From: a virus
Taxonomy: Duplodnaviria; Caudoviricetes
Direction: 5' to 3' (one strand)
IMG/VR virus record: IMGVR_UViG_3300032116_000579
Location: 1 to 37,945 of that record
Length of the DNA: 37,945 nt
In this document: positions 1 to 8,126 of the stretch, piece by piece
How the letters are laid out: each line of letters starts with the position of its first letter
Numbering within the stretch: position 1 is the stretch's first letter
Made by a program: the position numbers and the translations under genes
Notes under the pieces: model-generated
Told to the model about the DNA's origin: nothing
Database searches by the model: none
The model's input: the letters and a program-made list of their open reading frames with translations, nothing else

Positions 1-8
1 ACGATTTT

Positions 9-380
9 GTGGCGACACTGTGGGGCTGCGTGCTCTGTGACCAGACATCGGATAAACCGTTTCTTGAAGAAGAAGATATAAGTATTGACCACACAGCCTG
101 TGACGAAGATTGCTTCGGTTGCAAGGTAAAGGGTTTACAACTTAATGCAGGAGATGCCACTCGTGACATACCTGACAGAAAGTGGAACTCTGAATTGGCT
201 GCTTACCGAGAGGCACGTTCTCACGGAATGCAGCCAGCAGGTACGACAAAGGGTCACATTGAAGAAGCGTACAGAGCCTCGGAAGTTCTTGGTAAGGCTT
301 ATGACGCTGACACAATGCCTAAGTCAAAAGATATAAACAAAAACACAGCCGAGGTAATGAAAGAAATAGGAGCAATCTAA
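9..380 (+). CDS. Hypothetical phage protein with Cys motifs (may extend 5' beyond the window)
   Basis: 123-aa ORF with CxxC and CxxxCxxC; frame is open back to the window edge; stop overlaps the next ATG (TAATG). Confidence 0.7.
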   Translation: MATLWGCVLCDQTSDKPFLEEEDISIDHTACDEDCFGCKVKGLQLNAGDATRDIPDRKWNSELAAYREARSHGMQPAGTTKGHIEEAYRASEVLGKAYDADTMPKSKDINKNTAEVMKEIGAI

Positions 381-514
381 TGCCAAAAGTAGGAATGAAA
401 GAGTACGCATATACACCTAAGGGTATGGCTATGGCCAAGATGGAAGCCAAGAAGACTGGCAAGAAAATGGTAGTAAGAAAGCCTGTTAAGAAGACAGCAA
501 AGAAGGGTAAGTAA
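380..514 (+). CDS. Small Lys-rich protein (MPKVGMKEYAYTPKG...KKGK, 44 aa)
   Basis: Read manually; AGGAG RBS at ~368; TAATG coupling; fills the gap exactly. Confidence 0.75.
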   Translation: MPKVGMKEYAYTPKGMAMAKMEAKKTGKKMVVRKPVKKTAKKGK

Positions 515-515
515 A

Positions 516-908
516 ATGGCAAAGAAACTAAGCAAGCCAAAGGGAGCCTTCCCTAAAGTTGGCGGTGTTGGTGGACGTTCGTTCACTGGTAATTCACCAA
601 TGGATAAGTTTCAGAACTTTGCAGTATGGGCAGAAGAGACAACAGAAACACGCAAGGAAAGATTTGAAAATCCTTCCTTGCTTTATGCGGCTGCTCGCAA
701 ACTAGGAGTTCCTCAGAAGTCTGTGGAAAAGCAAATTAATGATATTGCAAAGAGTCAAGCAAAGTATGGCGCTTCTGGTGAAAGAAAATCTGAAGATTTA
801 TCTATGGAAGATATGATTGGCCGTGCCCGTGCTAATGCAGCACGCACTGGTGCAGGACTTAAAGGTTCTTCTGCAAGCAGAGTCAACAAAACTTACAAGA
901 CATACTAA
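516..908 (+). CDS. Hypothetical basic protein
   Basis: 130-aa ORF in a tightly packed operon. Confidence 0.7.
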   Translation: MAKKLSKPKGAFPKVGGVGGRSFTGNSPMDKFQNFAVWAEETTETRKERFENPSLLYAAARKLGVPQKSVEKQINDIAKSQAKYGASGERKSEDLSMEDMIGRARANAARTGAGLKGSSASRVNKTYKTY

Positions 909-916
909 GGAAAATT

Positions 917-1174
917 ATGACAGACCCTAGACTAAAGCGGGCGGGAGTATCTGGCTTTAACAAGCCAAAGCGTACACCAAGTCACCCCAAGAAGAGCCAC
1001 GTAGTTGTGGCTAAAGAAGGCAACAAGGTCAAGACCATCCGCTTTGGTCAACAGGGTGTGACTGGCGACAAGAAGCCAACAGCACGTCAGGCTTCCTTTA
1101 AGGCACGTCACGCGAAGAATATTGCTAAAGGCAAAATGTCGGCAGCCTACTGGGCAGATAAGGTGAAATGGTAA
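917..1174 (+). CDS. Small basic phage protein (KTIRFGQQG...SFKARH...SAAYWA type)
   Basis: 85 aa, AAGGA RBS; motif pattern familiar from aquatic phage late regions; function unknown. Confidence 0.75.
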   Translation: MTDPRLKRAGVSGFNKPKRTPSHPKKSHVVVAKEGNKVKTIRFGQQGVTGDKKPTARQASFKARHAKNIAKGKMSAAYWADKVKW

Positions 1175-1323
1175 TGAAGAAAGCATTCTGGGATAAGAAG
1201 AACCCTAAGAAAAAATCAACACCACTTACACCTGCTCAGAAGACTAAGGCAAAAGCAATGGCCAAAAAGGCTGGAAGGCCTTATCCAAATCTTGTGGATA
1301 ACGCAAGAGCAAAGAAAAAATAA
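1174..1323 (+). CDS. Small Lys-rich protein (MKKAFWDKKNPKKK...GRPYPNLVDN, 49 aa)
   Basis: Read manually; TAATG coupling to the upstream gene. Confidence 0.7.
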   Translation: MKKAFWDKKNPKKKSTPLTPAQKTKAKAMAKKAGRPYPNLVDNARAKKK

Positions 1324-1328
1324 CAAAG

Positions 1329-2051
1329 GTGGGGACAATGCAAGAGACAGTATCAATCGCTTGGTGCGATAACGGAAATGTAGACGGAAAGTTTATGCAC
1401 GGAGTAACCGACGTGCTTCTTAAATCTGGTATCAAATTCGATACATCACTCCGCAGTCAAGGTAATCAAATTGCTCGTCAGCGTGAGAAAGTAATCGGAT
1501 ACTGGTACGAGAAGAACAAGTCTGACTGGTTGCTCTGGGTTGACTCAGATGTAGTTATCAGCGTTGATAAGTTTAAGTTGCTGTGGGATAACAAGGATGC
1601 TGAAAAGCGTCCAATTGTGACTGGCGTATACTTTACAACAGAAACACCAGAAGAGCCCTTGATGGTTCCACTTCCTACGGTATTCAAGTTTGCAGAAAAA
1701 ACTGGAACAATCGGTATTCAAAGAATCCATCCGCTCCCCGACAATAAGTTTATTCAAGTCGGCGCAGCAGGTATGGGGTTTGTTCTTATGCACCGAAACG
1801 CAATAACTAAAATTTTAGAAGCAGTGCCTGGGGCTCCACTCTTTACCGAAGTTGGCGTGGATAAGTCTTTTATGGGAGAAGATATTTACTTCTTTGCCCT
1901 ATGTGACAAGGCCGAGGTCCCAGTATGGTGCCACACAGGAGCAACCGTACCCCATATGAAACGCTTCTCATTTGATGAGCACTACTACAAGGCATTCTTC
2001 GGTGGCGCTAAGCCAGAAGATAAATCAAATTTAATTTTACCAAAACGCTAA
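1329..2051 (+). CDS. Glycosyltransferase (GT-A/GT2-like)
   Basis: DxD motif (LLWVDSD), AAGMGFVL, GEDIYF and terminal H motif typical of the GT-A fold. Confidence 0.75.
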   Translation: MGTMQETVSIAWCDNGNVDGKFMHGVTDVLLKSGIKFDTSLRSQGNQIARQREKVIGYWYEKNKSDWLLWVDSDVVISVDKFKLLWDNKDAEKRPIVTGVYFTTETPEEPLMVPLPTVFKFAEKTGTIGIQRIHPLPDNKFIQVGAAGMGFVLMHRNAITKILEAVPGAPLFTEVGVDKSFMGEDIYFFALCDKAEVPVWCHTGATVPHMKRFSFDEHYYKAFFGGAKPEDKSNLILPKR

Positions 2052-2061
2052 GGAGATAACA

Positions 2062-2328
2062 ATGCCAACTGGCAAAGAAGGTAGCACGCTAACTGCAGAG
2101 TTGAACAGGCTCGCTGGCATTACTGATATTACCAAGTATCAGGATGCAGATGGCGCAGCAAACGTCTGGGCTGGTACAACTGGTAAAGCACTCCTGGGAG
2201 CGCTGAACTATAAGGCTAGTTCTTCACGTCAGCCTAATGATTACAAAGGTCTTAATGCAGTGTGCAACGAGATTGCTGGAACAACAGGCAAAGAAGCGAT
2301 AGTAGCCCTAAGGAGCATCAACGTATGA
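2062..2328 (+). CDS. Hypothetical virion-associated protein
   Basis: AAGGAG RBS; internal repeat AGTTGK x2; late-region context. Confidence 0.7.
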   Translation: MPTGKEGSTLTAELNRLAGITDITKYQDADGAANVWAGTTGKALLGALNYKASSSRQPNDYKGLNAVCNEIAGTTGKEAIVALRSINV

Positions 2329-3260
2329 CAACTACCCTATCAAATATGATTGATGAAGTTCTTATCAACCTTGCTGGTTACACCTTCCAACAGGACCGAG
2401 CAACTTATCTCACAGCAGATGTAGCAAACGTAGCATCAACCATTGCTGCTCCTATCAACCTTTCTCTTGGCTCAACAGAGTCAATCGGTAAGGGTGTTCT
2501 TGAGATTGAAGAAGAGTTACTCTGGGTTGATGGATATGACCGTGTTGCAAGTCAGGCTACGGTTTCTCCATTTGGACGTGGCTATCTTGGAACCGAAAGA
2601 GCAGCACACGTTGCTGGAACAAAGGTAACCATTGCTCCTACATTCCCACGCTTTGTAATCAAGCGAGCAATCAATGACACAATCCGAGCAATTGGTTCTT
2701 CAATCTTTGCAGTCAAGTCAACAGAGTTTACATTTAACGCAGCAATTTCAGCGTATGCTTTTGCTAACCTTAACATCTCAAACATTATGTCAATTTCTTG
2801 GCAGAGTATCGGACCATCTAAAGAATGGATTCCAGTACGTCGTTGGTCTTGGGACTCATCAGCAAATGCAGAGGCTTTTGGTTATGTGACTGGAACAGAT
2901 ACTGTACAGGTTGTTACTATTGGTGACGCTATCACACCTGGCCGTACTGTACGCGTAGTCTACGCAACAGACCCACTACCGTTTACAACAAATACTCAGG
3001 ATTATGCAACCCAATCAGGGCTCCCAGAATCTACACGTGACGTGGTAATTCTTGGTGCCTCATACAGAATGTTGACTTATCTGGACCCTGCTCGCGCAGC
3101 ACAGACAAGCCCTCAGGCGGACGAGACAGACTCTAAGCGCCCATACGGTGCATCACAGACTGCTACCAAGCAACTCTATGCATTGTACACACAGCGTCTT
3201 AATGAAGAAACAGCAAGACAACAATCGAACTATCCAATCCGCGTCCACTACAGCCGATAG
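2325..3260 (+). CDS. Putative head-tail adaptor / tail tubular protein
   Basis: Start re-called at MTTTLS (AGGAG RBS, ATGA overlap); function inferred from position before the tail fibre. Confidence 0.55.
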   Translation: MTTTLSNMIDEVLINLAGYTFQQDRATYLTADVANVASTIAAPINLSLGSTESIGKGVLEIEEELLWVDGYDRVASQATVSPFGRGYLGTERAAHVAGTKVTIAPTFPRFVIKRAINDTIRAIGSSIFAVKSTEFTFNAAISAYAFANLNISNIMSISWQSIGPSKEWIPVRRWSWDSSANAEAFGYVTGTDTVQVVTIGDAITPGRTVRVVYATDPLPFTTNTQDYATQSGLPESTRDVVILGASYRMLTYLDPARAAQTSPQADETDSKRPYGASQTATKQLYALYTQRLNEETARQQSNYPIRVHYSR

Positions 3261-3267
3261 GTAAAAA

Positions 3268-5352
3268 ATGCCAACACGTAACTATTCCTCCCGTTCCCAG
3301 CAAACAACGCTAACTGCAGGTCTCAATGCCTCTGCTACAACAATGACAGTACAGAGTGCGACAGCACTTCTTGGTGGTGTTAGCGGTGCTTCCATTACAA
3401 CAACATCTACCTTTACAGTAGTCATTGACCCAGACACGGCTCTTGAAGAAATTGTAGATGTTACTGGCGTTTCTGGGACTACGCTAACAATTGTCCGAGC
3501 GGTTGATACAAGTCCTTCAACTGGCGTTGCTCACTCTGCTGGCGCGGTAGTTCGTCATATGGCAATTGGCCGCGACCACCGTGAATCCAACACTCACATT
3601 GAGGCAGTACGTGCAAACTCTGCAACTGCACACGGAATTCCACTTGCTACAATAATTCTTAATTCAGATACTGGTACAGTTTCGACTACAATGCTCGCAG
3701 CAAATGCTGTAACTACTGCCAAGATTACTGACGCTAACGTAACTACAGCAAAGATTGCTGACAGCGCAATCACTTCGGCTAAGATTGCAGATTTGACAAT
3801 TGCTACAGGAGACATTGCAGACTCTGCTATTACAAGCGGTAAGATTGCAACTGGTGCTGTAGGTACAACCAAGATTGATGACCTATCCGTAACAGAAGGT
3901 AAGTTAGCACCCAACGCAGTTACCACTGCTAAGATTTCAGATAGCAATGTTACAACTGCAAAGATTGCAGACCTTAATGTAACTACTGGCAAGATTGCAG
4001 ACTCAGCCATTACCTCAGCCAAAATCGCTGACGGTACTATTGTGGCTGGAGACATTGCAGATGGTGCTATTACATCAGCCAAGATTCTAGATGCCACAAT
4101 TGCTACTGGAGACTTAGCCGATGGCGCTGTAACTTCTGCCAAAATAGCAGACGGAACAATCGTTAACGCAGATGTTTCTGGTACAGCAGGTATTGCTTAT
4201 AGTAAGTTAAGCCTTGGTGGAACCATTACATCTGCAGACCTTGTAGACGGAACAATCGTTAACTCAGACATTAACGCAAGCGCAGCAATTGCCCTTAGCA
4301 AATTGGCTACAGACCCATTGGCTCGCGCTAACCACACTGGAACACAGACCGCATCAACTATCTCAGATTTTGATACCCAGGTTCGCACCTCTAAGGTAAC
4401 TGACCTTGCAGCACCTACTGGCTCATTCTCAATGAATAGTCAGAAGATTACAACTCTTGCTACACCAACAGATAACGCAGATGCTGCTACCAAATTGTAT
4501 GTAGATACAAAGGTTGCAGACCTAGTTAACTCAGCCCCATCTACACTTGATACCCTGGGTGAAATTGCAACAGCAATCCAGGCTGGTGGAACTGTCTACG
4601 ATTCATTTGTACTCAAGGCTGGCTCTACTATGACAGGTGCTCTTACCCTGTCTGGCGCTCCTACGGTAGACCTGCACGCTGCAACAAAGGCGTACGTAGA
4701 TACTGTGGCTGGTTCTGCAACCGCAGCCGCAGCCAGCGCTGCCGCTGCCGCTGCATCATATGATTCATTCGATGACCGTTACCTTGGTGCCAAGTCAACC
4801 GCTCCATCTGTAGACAACGATGGTAACGCACTTGTTGAAGGTGCCTTATACTGGAACTCAACATCTAACGCAATGCTTGCGTGGGATGGTTCCGCTTGGG
4901 CAGGCATTTCATCTACTGCAGACATTTACCGATATCGTTATACAGCATCTGGCGGAGAAACTTCTGAGTCAGGTCCTGATGATAACGGACTTACTCTTTC
5001 TTATATTGTTGGTAAGGAGCAGGTATATCTTAACGGTGTGCTTCTTGCTCGTACATCTGACTACAACGCTACAAATGGAACCAGCATTACAGGGCTTGCA
5101 GCCCTTGCTGCTGGTGATATCTTAGAGATTATTACCTTCACAGCATTTGATTTGGCCACAGCAATCCCTAACACTTTGTTTGACGCTAAAGGTGATTTGC
5201 TAGTAGCAACTGATGCAGATACTGCAGGGAAGTTAACTCTTGGAACAAATGGATTTGTTCTTACCGCAGATTCTTCAACTGCTACTGGTCTAAAATGGGC
5301 AGAAGTCGATTTGGAATCATCAACAATTATGAGCATTATGGGAGCATACTAA
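3268..5352 (+). CDS. Tail fibre protein
   Basis: 694 aa, Ala/Thr-rich; many 10-aa repeats (AVTTAKIADG-like); DAATKxYVD and APxTLDTLxEIA fibre motifs. Confidence 0.8.
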   Translation: MPTRNYSSRSQQTTLTAGLNASATTMTVQSATALLGGVSGASITTTSTFTVVIDPDTALEEIVDVTGVSGTTLTIVRAVDTSPSTGVAHSAGAVVRHMAIGRDHRESNTHIEAVRANSATAHGIPLATIILNSDTGTVSTTMLAANAVTTAKITDANVTTAKIADSAITSAKIADLTIATGDIADSAITSGKIATGAVGTTKIDDLSVTEGKLAPNAVTTAKISDSNVTTAKIADLNVTTGKIADSAITSAKIADGTIVAGDIADGAITSAKILDATIATGDLADGAVTSAKIADGTIVNADVSGTAGIAYSKLSLGGTITSADLVDGTIVNSDINASAAIALSKLATDPLARANHTGTQTASTISDFDTQVRTSKVTDLAAPTGSFSMNSQKITTLATPTDNADAATKLYVDTKVADLVNSAPSTLDTLGEIATAIQAGGTVYDSFVLKAGSTMTGALTLSGAPTVDLHAATKAYVDTVAGSATAAAASAAAAAASYDSFDDRYLGAKSTAPSVDNDGNALVEGALYWNSTSNAMLAWDGSAWAGISSTADIYRYRYTASGGETSESGPDDNGLTLSYIVGKEQVYLNGVLLARTSDYNATNGTSITGLAALAAGDILEIITFTAFDLATAIPNTLFDAKGDLLVATDADTAGKLTLGTNGFVLTADSSTATGLKWAEVDLESSTIMSIMGAY

Positions 5353-6122
5353 TGACTAAAGCAAGAGACTTAGCAAGTGGCGCTCCTGCGCCAGCAGGTG
5401 TTACAAGCACAGAACTTGGCTATGTAGATGGCGTTACCTCTGCTTTGCAGACACAGATTGACAGCAAGATTGGTTCTGCTGCTGCAATCAACCCTACTAT
5501 TGTAGATGCTAAGGGTGACATTATTGCTGCCACAGGTGCAGATGCAGTATCTCGTTTAGCGGTTGGTGCAAACAACACAGTGTTGACTGCTGACTCTGCT
5601 ACAGCGACTGGACTTAAATGGGCTGCTCCTGCTGGCGGTGGCGGATTAACCTTTATTAAGTCACAGACAATTGGTTCAACAGTATCATCGGTTACAGTTA
5701 CAGACGCATTTAGTGCAACTTATGATAATTATTTAATTGTAGTTAGCGATGGTTCTGGTTCAACAAACAGTAATACTCAAATGACTCTAGGTAGCACTAC
5801 CGCAGGATATTACCAATCGGGACCTTATCTTTCTTTAACCTCAAGCACGGTTAACGGACATAACATAAACAACGGGTCAAACTGGAGTGGAACTTATTAT
5901 TCAACCACCGCTCATTCGGGTCATATCAATCTACAAAATCCTTTTTTAGCAAAAAATACCACAATGAATTCAGTTTTGATTGGTGCAAATTCAAGCAATT
6001 TTGTGGCAAATTATAGTGGCTTTTTAAACAACACAACTTCTTACACGGCGTTCACACTTACTGCAGCAGGTGGAACAATGACAGGTGGAACAATCCGTGT
6101 CTATGGCTACCAGAACTCATAA
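5352..6122 (+). CDS. Secondary tail fibre / receptor-binding protein
   Basis: Start re-called at MTKARDLAS (TAATG); DAKGD...GLKWA module; ends in GTIRVYGY. Confidence 0.65.
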   Translation: MTKARDLASGAPAPAGVTSTELGYVDGVTSALQTQIDSKIGSAAAINPTIVDAKGDIIAATGADAVSRLAVGANNTVLTADSATATGLKWAAPAGGGGLTFIKSQTIGSTVSSVTVTDAFSATYDNYLIVVSDGSGSTNSNTQMTLGSTTAGYYQSGPYLSLTSSTVNGHNINNGSNWSGTYYSTTAHSGHINLQNPFLAKNTTMNSVLIGANSSNFVANYSGFLNNTTSYTAFTLTAAGGTMTGGTIRVYGYQNS

Positions 6123-6131
6123 GGAGAAAAA

Positions 6132-6329
6132 ATGACATATAAAATTCAAATTGACGATTTAGTAAGAAATGCAACGCCAGAAGAAGTAACAGCAATTGAG
6201 GCGCGACAAGCAGCAACAGCAGAAGCCGAAGCACAAAAACAGGCTAAGGCAACAGCACGTCAGGCAGTCTTAGACCGCCTTGGAATTACAGCAGAAGAAG
6301 CACAACTAATACTCGGAGGTAGTAACTAA
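6132..6329 (+). CDS. Putative tail fibre chaperone-like protein
   Basis: AAGGAG RBS; RNATPEE...LDRLGITAEEA pattern; follows a fibre gene. Confidence 0.55.
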   Translation: MTYKIQIDDLVRNATPEEVTAIEARQAATAEAEAQKQAKATARQAVLDRLGITAEEAQLILGGSN

Positions 6330-6631
6330 TGGCTACATTAACAAAGGCTCTCTTTAGAGGAGCCGCAGCAACATCAAGTACAACACTATACACAGTACCG
6401 TCTTCAACGACTGCGGTTGTTACAAACATTGTGGTAGCAAACGGTACATCAACTGCTGGTACATTTACAATCTTGTTAGACGATATTGAACTACACAAGG
6501 ATACTGCTATTGCAGGTAATTCAACAGCATACATTGACTTAAAGCAAGTTTTGGCTACAACTAAAACTATTAAAGGTCTAGCATCTGCAACAACAATTGA
6601 TTTTCATATTAGCGGAGTGGAGATTTCGTAA
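6329..6631 (+). CDS. Small structural (tail-associated) protein
   Basis: TLYTVP...ISGVE beta-rich pattern; GGAGG RBS. Confidence 0.65.
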   Translation: MATLTKALFRGAAATSSTTLYTVPSSTTAVVTNIVVANGTSTAGTFTILLDDIELHKDTAIAGNSTAYIDLKQVLATTKTIKGLASATTIDFHISGVEIS

Positions 6632-7173
6632 TGGGTTTTTCAGTATTTCCCGCAGCAAGCGGAGCAGCAGCAGTGCCTTCAATCAAGCAGACATTTAACA
6701 CTACAAGCAATTCAGTTTCACTTCCTTCTGGAACCAACCTTGTTTATGCACTTGTTATTGGCGGTGGCGGTGGCGGAGGCGCAAACAACAGCCTACAGGG
6801 TGTTGGTGGTACTGGAGGAAATGGTGGCGTTACCTTTGGGTATGTGCCAGCATCAGATGTTGCCACAGTAGGTACTGGTGGCACTGGAAGCAATGCAAAC
6901 AGTTCATCCAACAACGCAGGCGCTGGCGGTGGTACAGCAGGAGGTCAGTCTAGTTATTCACTTCTTGTTGCAAATGGCGGTGCTGGTGGTGGAGGTTGTC
7001 CTAGCCCTGGTCAGGTTTCACTTGGCTCACCATACCCCGTTGTTACTGGAGCGGCTGGAACACCAACAAGAACTACTACAAATATATCTATTACTGGATT
7101 TACTGGTGGAACTGGCTTAGGCTCAGCATACAACCAAAACGGAAACAGCGGTTCTATTACACTTCTTTATTAA
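6631..7173 (+). CDS. Glycine-rich tail-associated protein
   Basis: VIGGGGGGG and ANGGAGGG glycine-rich domain motifs. Confidence 0.65.
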   Translation: MGFSVFPAASGAAAVPSIKQTFNTTSNSVSLPSGTNLVYALVIGGGGGGGANNSLQGVGGTGGNGGVTFGYVPASDVATVGTGGTGSNANSSSNNAGAGGGTAGGQSSYSLLVANGGAGGGGCPSPGQVSLGSPYPVVTGAAGTPTRTTTNISITGFTGGTGLGSAYNQNGNSGSITLLY

Positions 7174-7198
7174 TTATCTGTTATAATTTTTATTAATT

Positions 7199-7396
7199 AT
7201 GATGTCTAAAATCAAATTAGATGGTGATAAGTTATTTGCTATTCTTGATTCAGATAACTATGTTATTGATTGTTGGGTTGCTAAAACTTTAGAAGAAGCC
7301 CAACAGGATAATTTAGGTAAAATTGTTATCGAGGTAACATTAGAAAATTCTCCATTTACTTTAGGTGAAAAAATAATTACTAAAGGGGATAAATAA
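7199..7396 (+). CDS. Hypothetical protein
   Basis: 65-aa AT-rich ORF coupled to the next gene. Confidence 0.55.
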   Translation: MMSKIKLDGDKLFAILDSDNYVIDCWVAKTLEEAQQDNLGKIVIEVTLENSPFTLGEKIITKGDK

Positions 7397-8079
7397 TGGA
7401 TATTACTTTTACCAACGCATCTGGTTTTATTGACTTGGAACAGCCACAACCTGCTTCTAAATTGATTCCAGATTGGTATAAAAGTATGGAATCATATGTA
7501 GGTGGAGATAAAAAACCTGACGGTAATGGCGCAACAAATGCTACAGTTAAACGCTGTATGCCAGTCTTCGATGCTATTACTGCTGGTTATATTATCACAT
7601 CTCCTGCTGATGTGTATGTAACAATTAAAGATGGTTTTTTACATTTTGAGTGGGCTGATTTAAGTCTTATAGGTTCTCATCCTGTTGAGCAAGCGCCTAC
7701 TCATCCAAGTAGAAATCGCCATCCTTATCCTAAATGGATTAATTATTGGGCAATCAAAACACCCAAAGGTTATTCAACTATGTTTGTTCAACCAATGCAT
7801 AGGGAATCAGTCTTTACAATTCTTCCAGGCATAGTAGATACAGACACCTATTCTGCTCCAGTTAATTTTCCTATGGTTCTTAATGACCCTGAGTTTGAAG
7901 GATTAATTCCTAAAGGAACTCCTATTGCTCAGGTGATACCGTTCAAAAGAGATTCTTGGAGTATGAAGTTCGGCGGACAAAAAGAACTTGAAGAACAAGC
8001 AAGAGTAACCAAAAATCTTTCAACAAAGTTCTTTGATAGATATAAAAATATGTTTAGGCAAAATAAAGAATACAAATAA
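7396..8079 (+). CDS. Conserved-looking hypothetical protein; C-terminus resembles a dUTPase-like fold
   Basis: 227 aa; PGIVDTD and IPKGTPIAQVIPF echo dUTPase motifs 3/4, but the full motif set is absent. Confidence 0.55.
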   Translation: MDITFTNASGFIDLEQPQPASKLIPDWYKSMESYVGGDKKPDGNGATNATVKRCMPVFDAITAGYIITSPADVYVTIKDGFLHFEWADLSLIGSHPVEQAPTHPSRNRHPYPKWINYWAIKTPKGYSTMFVQPMHRESVFTILPGIVDTDTYSAPVNFPMVLNDPEFEGLIPKGTPIAQVIPFKRDSWSMKFGGQKELEEQARVTKNLSTKFFDRYKNMFRQNKEYK

Positions 8080-8085
8080 TAAAGA

Positions 8086-8108
8086 GCCCCGCTTTGGCGG
8101 GGTTTTTT
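8086..8108 (+). terminator. Rho-independent terminator
   Basis: GCCCCGC-TTTG-GCGGGGT followed by a T-tract. Confidence 0.85.
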
Positions 8109-8126
8109 AATTAAGGGAGGTATGCC

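Noticed and set aside
3594-4388. Long antisense ORFs in the tail fibre gene (likewise 10973..11425)
   Set aside because: Shadows of repetitive sense-strand coding.
3268-7173. Diversity-generating retroelement or invertible fibre switch
   Set aside because: No reverse transcriptase or invertase; the duplicated module differs at many non-adenine synonymous positions.
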